Positions 1 to 13,466 of a stretch of DNA of 64,000 nucleotides are shown piece by piece. The position numbers were made by a program, and so were the translations under genes. Under the pieces are notes generated by a model that was given only the letters and a program-made list of their open reading frames with translations, did not search any database and was not told where the DNA came from. Origin of the DNA: Amphiscolops sp. MND2022 (Eukaryota); contig OZ076420.1 of assembly GCA_964187785.1 (NCBI GenBank), positions 18,538,001-18,602,000 on the forward strand, written 5' to 3'. Positions within the stretch are counted from its first letter, which is position 1; each line of letters starts with the position of its first letter.

Positions 1-99
1 AGGAAAGTGAAGAGAAATGAAAAGAGGAAAAAATGGGTGGTTGGAAAAAAGTTTTGATTATTAGTAAAAAAAGTTTACAATGTTCAAAATTCACGTTTT

Positions 100-3000
100 T
101 TGTTTTTTATATGTCAATCAAAGTATTAATCATCATCTTGAAGAGATCTTATCAGAGGGGCGTGATCATGTAGTGAATTTCGCAACGTAGGGGTATCAAC
201 TTAATAGGGATAAGCGCTGGGATGGGGAGGTGAGGGAAAAGATGTATATGTGCAGTAATTATGGCGTAATTGCGAACAATGGCTGAGATAGCACTGGAGA
301 AAGTTGTAGCAATTATTGGCGGGAATTTGTATACGGAGTGGTGAAAATTTATATACGGAGTGGTGGAGCATTGTAAGCGGGGGATTTGATTTTTTGCTAA
401 TTTTGAGGGGGGTCGAAAATGATTTACATTATCATATACATTATTCATAATTTTATTAAGTTCAATTGCTTGTTCAGAGAGGAGTTGATTGATGTACTGT
501 TCACAAAGTTTTAAATCGTTGTTATATTGATTTAGTTTCTGTTTTGACGCAGCTGTGCGAACTTTTCGTTTTGTCGGCGAGCCAGTTTCAGATGGAGGCA
601 GTTGAGGAAGGATGGCGGGGCCTTCGTAGTTGCAATACCACGAGTTAGTTGACGAACTGCGGAGAACTGTTGTGAAAAGGCCGAAGTAGCAACAGCATCC
701 TGGGGCAGAAGTGGAAGATGCGCAGAAGGTGAAGACTGGGTGGCTCTAGGCAGCAGTGACAAGATGGATGGCAGTGGCGACGATGAAGATATCGTATTCG
801 GGGACACAGTGGAAATAACAGTGGCAGAGTGAAGGTGGATGAAGTTGAAGAAACAGGCGCTGACAGAAGAGAGTCCGATAATTGGTTGAGATGAGGGTAC
901 GCCAGAGTGGCGGAAGGAAAAGGAGTTCAAGTTGCAGAAGAGAGAGATGTCATTATGAAATGATGAAGAGTATGTGTGATAACTAAAGCAAACATTTGGT
1001 TAATGTTTTTGCAGATGTATTTTATTTTGTTGAGTGGTAGTTTAAAAGGTGTTTTTGTCGTGTTGTGATCAAATTTATTGATTGGAGTCGAAAACATGAA
1101 GATGAAAGGACAATTCAAGAACTTTTTAAGATATTTTTGTGACATGGCCCCGAAGTTGAATGTTTTTTTTATAGATTGGCATAGAGATTTTGACGATAGA
1201 GTGTTTTGGAAAGATTTTACGACTATTTAAATTTAAATATACTTGGGAAATCTCAAACTTTTGGATAGTAGTGATTTTGAGAAGATTCAAAGACTAGTGT
1301 ACATCTCAGGTGATGGAAAACACATAGTGAACTAGAGAAAGTTACAACTGAACATGAAACAAGTTAGGGAGAAAAAACGGAAAGTAAATTTTTGATGAAA
1401 AGAGACAATTATGTTTTGATAAGAAAAGGTTAACGTTATAAGATTTTTGTCACTTTTTGAAAAGTTAACAAGTGGAGTCTTTTGTGAAAATGTGATAAAA
1501 CAAACTGGATAGTGATTGAACAAAATGTGAGATCAAAAATGTCAAAATGCGATCTTAATAAATTTTTCCAAAATTCTCCAAAAAAATCTCTTTGCAAAAA
1601 AGAGCTCTCTAATTTACTCTTTTCTCATCAATTTGGCAGCTTCTCTTCTATCATTAACTGCTCTTTCCTTCACCTCTTTACTTTTCAAAAAGTCAAAAGT
1701 GAACATAATAAATTTGCGAGATGCCAATTTAAACTTGTCATTTAGACAATAGGACAATTGAAACATTTGCATTTTTGAGAAGTAAAGAGGTGAAGGAAAG
1801 AGCATTTATTGATACGAGAGAAGCTGCCAAATTGATGAGAAAAGAGTAAATTAGAAAGCTCTTTTTTGCAAAGAGATTTTTTTGGAGAAATTTTGGAAAG
1901 GATTTATTGATTTTTTTTACCTGAGAGGTGAAAACGTGTAAAATGAAATTGGCAGATGAGTGGAGGTTTAAGAGGAAGGTATGAAGGTAAAAAAGGGGAA
2001 AGTTTAGGAAAACTTTGCGATTTAGGAAGGAGTTTCAAGAAGAACAAGTTTTTTCAGAAAATCGTTAACATGTATTGTAGATAAAGTGGAGAAGACTTTG
2101 AAGGTTACGACACGTGTCAAAAATGTGATTCAGAAACGTAAGGGATCAGTAGTAGGAGAAAGTTCAACATGTGGGCGAAGAAAATTCAAAATTTCAATGA
2201 TAAATTTGTCGGTTGAGCAAGGAAAGGAGTTGATGCAATCATAAGGATTGACTGTTTGTAATTCATATGAAAAAAGTTGGAGGAGGTACAGTTGAAATTT
2301 CATGATTTGTGGATGAAGCGACAAGTTTAGGAAGAGCTTTATTTAGGAAGATCGGAAGGAGTTTGGACTAATTTTTCATATTCGGGAAGACATTTGCAAC
2401 ACTATTGGGAACATGAGTGGGTAATAAGAAATCATCATTTAGGTCGAGGGCTTCTTGAGGAACGAAAAGAGGACGGGTAGGGTCGTGATATGCAGCGAGG
2501 AAATAGTATTGTTTGACCGGGTCATATTTACGATTTATGCCGACAGTGTAGAGGTGGTTTAAGGAATAGTGAGAATGATAAATTATTTGTGAAGTAAGTT
2601 TGTGGTTTTGGCAAAAAAATTTTGTAGATGTTTTTGCCCTAGAAGGAAATGGTTTGTTTTGTGGTGGAGTTTTATTACCAGAAAGAGCAGCTGTAATATC
2701 ATTGGAGTAGCATTAAGGTCATGTTGAGTTGGTTTTTAAAGTTGAATTGGATTTTGCAAAAGCGTATACGTTCATTTTGGTGAAAGAAGAGTTGTTCTTG
2801 GAGGCATGTGCAACATAATGATCAAATGATCAAAATTACGACCTTGTGGAAATCAAAATTTTTACGTTGCAGGGGTCATGTATAAAGAATAAGAAGAAAG
2901 GAGATTAGCTTTAAAAATCGAGTGAGCGCGCAGAAATTCATCAGTCATATTATTGGTTTGACGAGGATTTTTTTGCATGTTGATGTACAGGAGGAAGAAT

Positions 3001-3480
3001 ACAAGGGTCAATAAAAACAGGATCTTCAAGAATGTTAAAATTTTCTTAGAAGGATCAGTATAGGTGGCAATATCAATAGTGACTTGAAGATTAATAGATG
3101 GAGGAGTAGGTGAGTGGCGAGTTTTAATAGTAGAAGAGATAGGTTGATTATGTACAGTGGAAGTACTGGGTGGGTTGAAGTGGGTTGAAGAGGAAGGTTG
3201 AACATCAGGTAGAGTGGGTTCAGGAGTAGGAATTGAGGGTACCAAAAATGAGGGAAAGAGGTGATGACAGAGTTACAAAACTAGAGATATATTCTTCTTC
3301 GCAAGGAGTTGAAGTCATTGTTTCAATATGGCTATCCATAACCTTTTTATGGATTGTAGAAAGTTTTACGGTGAAATGAAACTGTAGTGGGTGAGATTGT
3401 ACAATATAGTTTAAAAAAATAGAATTAAATTGATGAAAAGTATAGGTGATCGAAAAGTTAAAGACGTTTGAATGCAACAC
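100..3480 (-). pseudogene. Decayed ORF(s) of unknown function 3' of env in element A
   Basis: Same strand bias as the rest of element A; open fragments 2862-3245 (hydrophobic ILFLLTLVFFLLYI), 2130-2324, 532-930, 152-448; no recognisable domain. Confidence 0.4.
1558..1907. repeat. Inverted repeat, ~135-bp arms with ~80-bp spacer
   Basis: 1558-1690 (..AAAAATCTCTTTGCAAAAAAGAGCT..CTTCACCTCTTTACTT..) is the reverse complement of 1773-1907 with a few mismatches. Confidence 0.9.
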
Positions 3481-4016
3481 AATTTGAAAATGGTAGATAG
3501 TAGAAAGACGATTAATTTTTTTGCGAAAGATTTGAGAAATGAAAGCGAGTTCAGCGGTTATGAAAAAGCAACTGAGCGATTAGCAAAAAGACAGAGAAGT
3601 GATGAAATTTATAGAAAGAAGGATGAAGAGGCTTGAATTTATTCAGCTGAGAAGTGACAGAATGAATAAATTTTAACAGGACTTTCGGGTTGATTGAATA
3701 AAGTATTGGCAGATGTTAATGGGATTTCAATAATTTTCATAGGTTGTAGAGTAGAAGAATAAGTTTTGGTTGATTGCCGTACATTGTGTATGGGAGAAAT
3801 ATTGGAGGAGTTGTCAAAAACAGTATCTTGAGGAGAAGTAGAATTATGTAGACAAGGAGGAGAAGACTATGAAGGTAATAGGGAATTACGAGGGGAAAGA
3901 TTATTAGGAAGATTCGTGTGTAAACTATAAGTAGGAGGAGGGGGTGAATTGTTTCCAGTTATTCGAGGACTGGTAATAAGAGGGTAAGGTGGAGAAGGAT
4001 TATCAGGGGGAGATTG

Positions 4017-6520
4017 CTAAGGTGAGGATCTTTGCACGGTATGTTTAGTTTCAAGACTCAAAATTTTGTATTGAGTATTGGGTTTATACTCAATAACTTT
4101 GGAATATTTTAAACTTGGGTTGATAGTAGAATTAGAATGAGAGGGCGGAGGTGTATCATAATCATCAGAATCTGAGTTAGAATAGGGAAATTTAAACATA
4201 GCAGTCATCATTGCTTTGGTTACGGTTCCAAAATAGCCATAGCCAAAAGCTGAAACAAGGGAGTTTTTTTGAAGAATTTTCTCAACTGTGAAAGAGCTGT
4301 ATAAAGGAGGGTGTTGAAAGCAAATTTAAGAAAAAGAGAGTGGAAATATAAATTCCACATTGGGTTAAAATATAATATGGGTAACTAAAGAGTTTGATGA
4401 AAGCATTGGTGAAGCATTCGGAGATAGAAAAAGGAGTTATGTTTAACAGTCATGGAGACCAACTCGAAGAGACTTGTAGGGATTATTTGGGAGGAGTTTA
4501 CAATATTAGTTGTCCATGAAATCATAACTAACCGCTTTACCATGAAGTTGTAATGTATTATCGGAACGTTATTGAAGAGAACACGATTCCAGAAAAGTTT
4601 GAAATCTTATTGAGGACAAATATCTGCAATTTGAGCAGTAAAGGTGTTGAGGCTAATAGCGACTTGAACTTGAGTGGGGGCAAAGAGTAGAGGAGGAACT
4701 TTTATTCATTAGGATGTGGAGTTAAGACATAATACTGATCAGTGTCGGGGTCAAGAACAATAACATTTTGTCGATTGTTTTCACATGGTATTTGATTAGC
4801 ATATTCAAAGGTTTGACGAGTGATAGGGTCAACATACATGACAGTATCAAGGAAATTAACAGGGATTTTGTCAAAACGTTGTTCAGCTTTTTCTAGAGGC
4901 GAAAGATGACGAGGACAGTCATATAGCCAGGCAGTTCAGCCTTCGACATATGAAAAGGAACTACGATTTTGAGTTAGGAGAAAACCAGCGAGTTGTGGAA
5001 TTTTAACTGACATTGCGAGAATGGTTAAAAGTTGAGTTCTTTTGACTTCACAAAATATTTGGAGGGTGTGAAGTTCAGCGACTGACATACTTTCAAGAAC
5101 ATGGTTAATGGAGTAGTCTCTTTTACTATTTTTTGGGCTCCATAACCAAGAGTGGCAAAATTGTTGACGGAGTTTTTTAAAGCAGGAAAAAGCAATTGAT
5201 TTTGAGTGTGAATTAGTTTACAAGGGATACGTTGGGTGGAGAGTCATCATATTGTTCATTTTCAGGTATTTGAAGAGGGTTACGTTTACAAGTGTGTATA
5301 TTAAATTTTTCTTTAAATGTAAAAAAGAGATCAGCGTCTTGAGTGGTATATAAAGGCGTGGTTTTGTTGCAAAACAGTTTACGTTCTGGGAAAATTTCAA
5401 AACGAGAGAGCGAGCCAGGTTTGAGATTTGGAATCATTGTAAGAGGTTTCAGTAGGAACATTAGAATTAAAGAAGTGTTCGGTTTCAAGCCAATAACGGT
5501 TATTAAGTTTAGACTTGCGTCCAATAAACGAGTGAATTGAAAAGATTAACCAGATGTCGTCAGGGAACCAAACAAGAATTTGGTTAATGGGTTAAAGTAG
5601 TAGATTCCCTAAAACCATCATCGATGAAGCAAGGTAAAGTGTGTCCATTATAGACCAACTACCTTTCTCAATTGTATAATCATAGCGGTCTCAACAAACA
5701 TCTGTTTTTTTTAGAGTTGAGATTAAAACAAGTTGAGAGCTGGTTATTCGAACAAAAGCACCATAATGAAAAGTGTTGAGTTTAATAATACGGAAAGGAG
5801 GTTGTTTTGTTTCAAGTAGGCGTTGTTTTTGAATATCATCAAAAAAAGTGAAGGAGTTACCATAATCAAAAGCATTAAATTGAGGATTATCAGTACCATT
5901 GAGTTGACGAAAAGCATGTTTGCATTCGTAGGGTCCAAAGCACGCGGACTTTTCATTGTGTTCTGATGATAATCAGTACGATCATGACGATGGTCTTTAA
6001 AATCGAATTGTGCACAAACAAATTGTTCATGTTTAACCTAAGCTTCGCAGGTCAATTCTTTGAGACGTTTAGCTTTAGAGGAGACAAGAACATTAGCAAT
6101 AGCACGAGTGCTTTCTAGGGCTGAAGGGGGTTGAGCACAAGGTTGTACTCGATTTAAACTAATTTGGCGGAAGTTATGTTGTGTAGAACAATCATAGTGG
6201 GAAACCAATAGATCAAAAATGTGAGGATCAATAGGTCCTACTATTTTAGTAGAGGAGTCAAACGAAAGGATGAGAAGAGTGAAATATTTGAGGAGGAGGA
6301 AGAGAAAAAAAAGAAAATAGTGTTGAGAGTGAGATTTGATGAGGAGAGAAGTTGAAATTGAGCAGTGTATTTTAAAAACGTAAGTGTTTAAAAAGGTGAT
6401 AGAACCGTAAAGAAGACTGAAAGGAGGATGATCACAAACGAAAAGGTTGAGATTAGTAGCAATGAGAGGATGTGGTAATGAATTAAAATTGACAGTAGAA
6501 TGAGACGGAATTGGATGAGG
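4017..6520 (-). pseudogene. env-like glycoprotein resembling chuvirus/class III fusion proteins, frameshifted
   Basis: Hydrophobic N-terminus near 6500; SHYDCSTQHNFRQISLNRVQPC (~6200-6140); LTCEA..FVCAQ; AGFLLTQNRSSFSYVEG*TAWLYDCP..DKIPV..MYVDPITRQTFEYANQIPC (~5000-4780); TM-like YPYYILTQCGIYISTLFF (~4380). Confidence 0.7.
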
Positions 6521-7825
6521 ATTTAAATCTCAAATTTAACTTCAAGGTTTGTAGTATCTAGTCTCTTAATTGTTTTTAGACGACGTTCGTCGGTATATTG
6601 AGTATTAGAATTTACTTTATGAGTGGCAAGTTATAGAAAGCGGGGATCTTGACGAGGACTAGAGACAAGAGAATCTTTGACATTCAGCACGAAAAGGTGT
6701 GGGTGGAGAAGAAGATTGACCAGTGGTAAGGTCAATTTTTAGGAGGTGCGTATCAGAAGAAAGAACAAAAGAGTTTTGGGAAGTGGTTCGGGAAAAAAGG
6801 TGTCCAGTAGACAAAAACAAGACGAGGACAACTAAGAGCTTATGTGATAGAATCAACATCACTCAAAGGATATTTTTCACTGAGTGTGTCAAAAGGTTCA
6901 AAAACAGGGATTGTTAAAAGTTTGGCGGTGGAAGGAAAGGCTCAGGTTGAGAGTATATGCACGATTTTGAATGAGAAAGTGGAGGATCAAATTGAGAGTG
7001 TCTACGATGACCTTTAATAGAAGTAGGATTTAAGGTTGATTTACGAGATTGAGGTTTGTTAACAAATCTTCATATCACTTCGCGTCAATATCACTATGAT
7101 CAGTAAAATGAGGATGAAGAGAAGGAGAATGAGTTGATGTGGTATCAAAAGTAGTCAAAGGGAATTCAGTATCAGAGAGAGAAGATTTGAATATTTTTGT
7201 GGTAGTAGTTAAACAGGAGTTGTTTTAGGAGTGACTGTAGGATTATTAGTATGAGTAGTAATTAAAGAGAAGGTGATAGCGGTTTAAAGGAGGACGATGT
7301 GAGACGAGAGAAGAGATTTGAGAGGAGTTAATAGCATCAGTAGAAACTGTGGAGGCAACAGAAGAACTAGAGTCTGTAGAACTAGGGGATGAAGGAACAG
7401 GAGGATCCAGGATGGAAACAAGAAGAGTTATGAAAAGTATTATTAGGTGTTGTTGGTATATAATGTATTTGTACGCTTAAGAATTATTTTGTCGAGGAAT
7501 GTGTGTTAATAGATATGTGTTTTATTAGGTGGTAAATTTCAAAAAAGCTGAGAGATTCATTAGCCTTAGTGTTTACCCGACTGTTCGATCAAAGATTATG
7601 AACAAAATGAGCAAAAGGTATTTATGGAAATGGCAAATAAATAGATTGTGAATGTCAAATGCCAGGCATAAGTAAGTGTCTAGACAAAGGACAATTCAGC
7701 GAAAATCTGACAGGTAATGCAATTATAGATTCATTTTAAAGTTAAGAGGGGAAGCTTTTAGTGGGTTTTGAGTTATGGTAATCTTTCGGTGGGCGAAGAA
7801 GTAAATTATATGGCGAATGAGGAGC

Positions 7826-9700
7826 TCAAATATGAGTGGGAAAGGTTTGAGAGTCTTGTGAAGTTTCAAAAGAGAGATTGGGGGAGTCAACAACACGTGC
7901 ATAAAATTGAAGAAGCGAGGTAGAATGATAAATAGAGTTTTGGAGCATTTCAAAATCAGAGTCTGTGGAGTTAAAAGTATCATCTAAATTATCAATTAGA
8001 GGAGTGGAAGAAGGAAGATTTTGATAAATAAGGAGAGATTCGAGATTTGAATTTGCCTGTGCAATGGTTTTGATAGAAGTGAGTAGGTTAAAAGGTTCGA
8101 AAGGGGTGTCAAATTCAAGTTGAGGTGATTTTAGAAGCAATATCTTGATAGGAGTCTGTATCCGGGTCGTTAAGATTGGAGGGAGTTGAATATGGACGGA
8201 AATATGAGAAAATACTAGGTTCTTTGGGATAAGATGGCAAAACGTGATTGCAATGAGTGTGAAATGTAGAGCCATCTTGGGCCATATGTTCATACGTAAC
8301 ATCGGAGAGATGTTGAATTTTTTGTACGGGACAATTCGGAGGGGTTTCGGTCTCTTGGAGGATTCAACAGGTTTGAAGTTTGTGCGTATAACAAAGGCGT
8401 TTAGAGGAAATGGTTTTGACTGAGTTGTTTGAATTGTCGAGTTTTGTGAAGTGAATTTATTAGTTATATGACGATGAACAGTAGAATATATTTCTAGCAT
8501 TGCATGTTCTGCTGATACAAGACATAAGGAAATAGGTTTGTTGAGGAGTGAATGGAAAAAACGATTAGATCTTTGTCACTGTAATGTGCATGAGTGGGAA
8601 GTGAATTACAGTGTGTGGCAATAGAGTTCCTATAAGAGTCACGTAATAAATTGAGAGGAAATGGTCAGGGGAAACCAGGGTGTGTGGGGAAAACAATTTC
8701 ATCTTGGGAACTTTTAGGTTGAGAAAAAGGGGTAGTTTTGTGAGCATAGTCATACATTTGAGTTTGAATTGACCAATTAAAATGAGGATTTTATAAAAAA
8801 AACGCAGGTGAACTCCAAGATTATGATTTTGGACTTCGACTAAACCATTTGTCCAAGCGGAACATGGAGTACGTGGAGAGTGATTGTTATTTAAGAGAGG
8901 GAAAAAACGGGCCATATCTCGATTAATATAATCAGTGCCTCGATCAGTGACGAGCATTGAGGTGGGCCAAACTTAGTAATCCACTGATGGATTATTGTTT
9001 GAATAGCATATTTGGAGTAAATATGAGGAGCAGGGTTAGTGACAACAAAGTGACTGAAACTATCAATGAAAACAAAAATATAAGAGTTTCCTTGTGACGA
9101 AGGAGAAAAAGGTCCTTCAGGGTCCATGAAGACTCTATAGTTAATCAAATTGAACTGGGTTTCCAATAAAAGGTAAAGGAGGTGCAATAATATTGGATTT
9201 AATACAAATATGTTCGTTAGTTTGGCATTCAATACAATCATGACTGAAAATAGAAAAACCATTAAGGTAAATGAGAAAAATGATAAAACTGGTTGAAAGT
9301 TTTAATGGAGAGTTTTTCACCGGAATGACCATGTGAATGGATTATATCGGAAGCAGCACAAAAAAGTTTAAATGACGTTTAAATAAACGAGTGCGAGTGT
9401 GGTTAACAGAGGGGTTTAGTTTTAAAAAGACTTTTTCAAATATTTTGGAGTTGAGTGTATAATAACAGATTAGATGGGAGTTTCGGTCAAAATATAAATG
9501 TTGAATTTGCTTGTGAAATGTATAGAGAAAAAGCTTTGATTGAACATCTGGAGGCAAAGTGAAAAGTCTTTGTTGTTGTAGAAACAGTCGCGAGAACAGG
9601 GTCATTTCTTGAACTCGAAGAACAATGGGTATTATTCAAAAGGTATTAGATGGAAGGAAAAAATTTTCAAGAGCATTACAATGAGTTAAAAAGGATGGAC
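7826..9700 (-). pseudogene. Integrase of element A (fragmented)
   Basis: ORFs 8891-9262 (C..C, DPEGPF, FIDSFSHFV), 8565-8957 (TDRG, GLVE) and 7826-8500 (GPY-like PLRIVPYK). Confidence 0.9.
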
Positions 9701-9899
9701 AGAATAATGGCATAGACTGGATCATCATCTTCATACCAAAAAAAAATTGTTTAAAAGAGGGTTCTGTTGAAGCAATTTTTCGACTTTATTCTTTAGATAA
9801 GTTTTTTATTCTGTTTAAAAAGCATGATACAGATCTAGGAAACGCAATCAAGAAGAGTGTATGTGACGGTGTTACCTTTATCTTGGAATAGTACCGCAA

Positions 9900-11300
9900 C
9901 AGTTGGATTAGTACCGGCAGTATGAATAATCTGAAAGTTTGAGAATTTTGTTTATATCATTTGAGCTTTGTATTGTCTTAGTGTGAGGTCTCCTTTGCGA
10001 GTAAAGAGAATAAAATAGAATTATGATATGTGAAAACAGTGATTGGGACATTGGAGCCAATAATATTAAATTCATATTGGGGAAGGGCGAACGTTATAGA
10101 TCATAGTTCTCGATCATAAGTAGGAAGTTTTTGTTCTTGAGTTGGTAAAATACGGGAGTTATAAGATATATCTTGTCGGTGTTGGGTTGAAGTAAAATTG
10201 CTCCTAGACCAATAAGAGAGGCGTCAACAGTAATATTGAAAGGATGAGTGGTATTGCCAGTTCAGCATCTTTGGAGAGAGAAGTTTTACCTTAAGAGTAA
10301 AGATTAGAGAAGAGTTTGTCTAATCAAATGTCAGGAGTCCAATCAAATGAAACATTGTCATTTAGGAGGGTATAAAATGTTTGAGTGAAATGTGGAGTCT
10401 GTTTAAATATTTGGAGTAAACTTCATTGAACCGATCAATCGCATTAGTTCAGTTAGAGAAGTGGGGGTTTTCAAATTGTGTACGTCATCAACTTTGCAGG
10501 AGAGACGTTTACTGGTTTTATTTGCCAATTCCATGTCAAGAAACTTGACAGTGAGGAGGATTTAAAATGATTTGGGAGCGGTTTTAAGGTTGTCTGAGCT
10601 ACATATTTGGTGTAACGGTTTAATTAAATCTAACATATGAACTTTGGTATTAGCAAGAAAGAGTCTATCGTCATTATAAACAAGTGCAAGGCTTTGGACA
10701 ATGAGTTTCTGAAAAAATGAATACATTTGTTTTGTGAAACAATTTATTACTCCTTTAAGACCGTAAAACGTATTAAAGGCTTAAAATTTATCTCCAGTTG
10801 AGAAACTAGTAAAAAAGATGATTTTTTCATCTAGCGGGGCTCGTGCAAAATTATATGAGATCAATTGCAGTTTTGATTTTTTTAACGCGTGCAAGTTGAG
10901 AAGCTATAGGTTCAGTAGGCCAAGATTAAGAGGATTGATCAGTGTTAGAGTTCAAGTGTCTGGCGTCAAGAACGACTTTAATTGTATATCCATGAGGGAT
11001 AATGAAGAGTGAATTTTTAAAAGTTGTACGATAGACGGATTTATCACAGGGAATGGAACCAATTTGTCTGAGAATATTGTGGTTGCCTATTTCATCGAGT
11101 AGCTTTTTGAGTTTGTGTCTATAATGAATATGGACTATGGTATGTCTTAAGGTTTGAAGTTTAGCACTTGGTTTGAGGCGAATTCTAAAAGGGATGCTTT
11201 TTTTCACCAGCATCATTACGATGAGTAGCATAACGACGTTGATTTTTAATCAAAATGGATCAGAGTTCTGAATATTAATCATTAGTGACATCAGAGTATT
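9900..11300 (-). pseudogene. Reverse transcriptase / RNase H of element A (fragmented)
   Basis: ORF 10926-11231 (FRIRLKP..IKVVLDARHLNSNT), degenerate YxDD near 10670, TVDASLIGLG near 10225. Confidence 0.85.
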
Positions 11301-11749
11301 CAAATTTACATTTTCAGAAAATGTTGGTTATCTGGGGAGTATGGTGAAGAAGGAAGTGGACAGTTTAACAGTTGGGAATCTTGTAACTTTTTGATTTCAC
11401 TATTAGTTTTTTCGAGAGAGGAACGAGGACCAGGAGGTTTTGGTTCTGAGAGATCTGGGTAAAATGAATGAAAGAGAGTGTGTTATAAGGATTATCAATC
11501 CTTGTGGTGGTTTAATAATTAAGGCAGGATCTTCAATGTAGCCCATATTTTCTTGTGAGAGGTTGGCTCAGTGATGGGTAATATTTTAAATTATAACGGA
11601 GCAACTGTTGGGTTCAGTTTTAACATTTTGGTAAACTTGGAGGAAGTTAAAAGTAGAGTTAAAGCGAGTATTGGGTTATGGATGAAGAATGACTGAAATA
11701 TGATTTCGTTTTCAGAGGTATTGAATGTTAAATGAAGGCTAGGGTGAAT

Positions 11750-12260
11750 TGGGAAATGAATAACTTGAGGAACCTTGGGTTTAAAATAAGTTTTGTTTTA
11801 ATTTTATTTGTATAGGTGCAAGAGAAATTTGGGTAGTCTGTTTTATGGGCAGCAAAAGGAAGGAGTATTGACATGAGATTCATGAGGTGTATTAAATGCA
11901 AGAGATATTTTATCGATATAGAGAGTTCTACATATTTTTCAAAGAAAAGAATTCCAAGAATAAAATATTTAATATTGGCGACTGCAAATGGAACTGCAAG
12001 AGTGCGAGTACATCCGTGATTGAAGGTATGGAGTGTGAGAATCACATGAAACAGGATAGAAACTTCAGCGTTTTTGGCAACTGTTACGGTTTTAAAATCA
12101 ATATTTCTGGGAGTGGATTTTGAACATTTGAGAAAGTGATCGGCTAATATTGTGAACGTCGGTAAGTTTAAAACACAATGGAGGCATCGCTGTCTAGCAA
12201 GAAATAGAGTTCTAGTTTAGAGGGCAAAGAGGTGTCTTCTGGTGTTCTGAAAATGTATAG
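11750..12260 (-). pseudogene. Aspartic protease of element A
   Basis: LELYFLLDSDASI (DSG decayed) near 12200; ILGILFFEKY in ORF 11728-12045. Confidence 0.7.
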
Positions 12261-12399
12261 ATTAAGAAACCAAGTAGAAAGAGCTAATGCGTTAGCATGA
12301 TCATTTTAAAGAGTGAAATATTGTGAACAAGAGAGAGATGTTTGGATGGTACAAAAATATTTCAAACTTAAGTTCTGTGGAGGGGGATGATGAACAAGT

Positions 12400-13260
12400 G
12401 AAGTGGGTTGTTGAGTGAGGTTAAGAGTGGGTTTGTATCGGTAAATAGAGAACGATAAGGTAATTTATAGCGTCTAAAAGAGGGGTTATTTTCCCTAGGG
12501 GAGTGTTCGTGAGAACGAAGGTAAGATTTCTTTGGGCAACGAGAGCATGTGGAGTTATAGTATGAGCGAGAAGGATAATATGTTCGTGAAGGAGATTTTC
12601 TATAACACTGGTCATAGCGAGATCGGTTACGATCTTAAAACCGAGAATGGTAATGAGAAGAGCGGTTTTGATAATATTTTGAATGAGAGTTTGAGCGAGT
12701 GTGAGAACGAAAATTACATCGCGAATCCCAAGAGAAATTTCAGGAATGACTACTTTTACTTATACTATGATAACGAGGAGCTTGGTTATTATATTTGTTG
12801 GAGGGTGCTTTAAATTGTTGATAATGGAAGGAGTAGTTGATTTTGATTCAGGTTTAGATTCATTAGGCATATTCGTTCTTCGATAACAAGTGGAGTGAGA
12901 ATTATGAATTTTATGGCAAAAGAAGCAATATTTTTCCAATAATGGATTAGATTTGTTATCAGGATCTAAGCTTGTATTTGTGCAGATTATGTGGAGTTAT
13001 CTAAAACAGTGGCGTTTTGGTTGAAATTATTGGAAAGAGTTTTAATTTCAAGAGAAAGTTCTTGCGGTTTAATTTTTTCAAGTGTAATGACTTCTGAGTC
13101 AACCATGTTAACAAGACAATGGAAGGTTCAACTGAGCTTGAATTGTTTGACTTGACGTTTGTTGGCAAACCTTTTAACACTTTGGTAGACCACGAGTAAA
13201 CATTTCATTACGTTTGAGATCAATGGTATGGGTGTTCATAATACCAACCTTCTTGGGCAT
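12400..13260 (-). pseudogene. C-terminal gag remnant of element A (RS-rich tail)
   Basis: EMFTRGLP/FANKRQVK/LVNMVDSEVITLEKIK at 13210-13060, followed by Arg/Ser-rich low-complexity sequence. Confidence 0.55.
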
Positions 13261-13466
13261 AGTTTCAACTTCTAGGGCATAGTGTACAACATTCTCCCTA
13301 TCTTTTTTGACAAGGGGAGTGCTTTGAGTTTCGCATGGTATGTATGTTTTCGCGAGTAAAATTGTTTTTTCGAAAATTTAGAGAAAGAAAAACCAATCAT
13401 TATTATAAACTTGAGGGACACGATCAAAAGACAAACTTTTAGCGTAGTTTTAGCTACACTGTGGCT

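Larger units (their letters stand above)
1..13260 (-). mobile_element. Degenerate Ty3/Gypsy LTR retrotransposon A (gag-PR-RT-RH-IN-env plus extra 3' ORFs); runs off window start, 5' end truncated
   Basis: Minus-strand remnants in Gypsy order: gag (FTRGLP..FANKRQVK..LVNMVDSE), PR (FLLDSDASI), RT (Y-N-D-D near 10670), RNase H (ITVDASLIGLGA), IN (DPEGPF / TDRGTDY / NGLVEVQN), then env; many stops and frameshifts. Confidence 0.9.
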
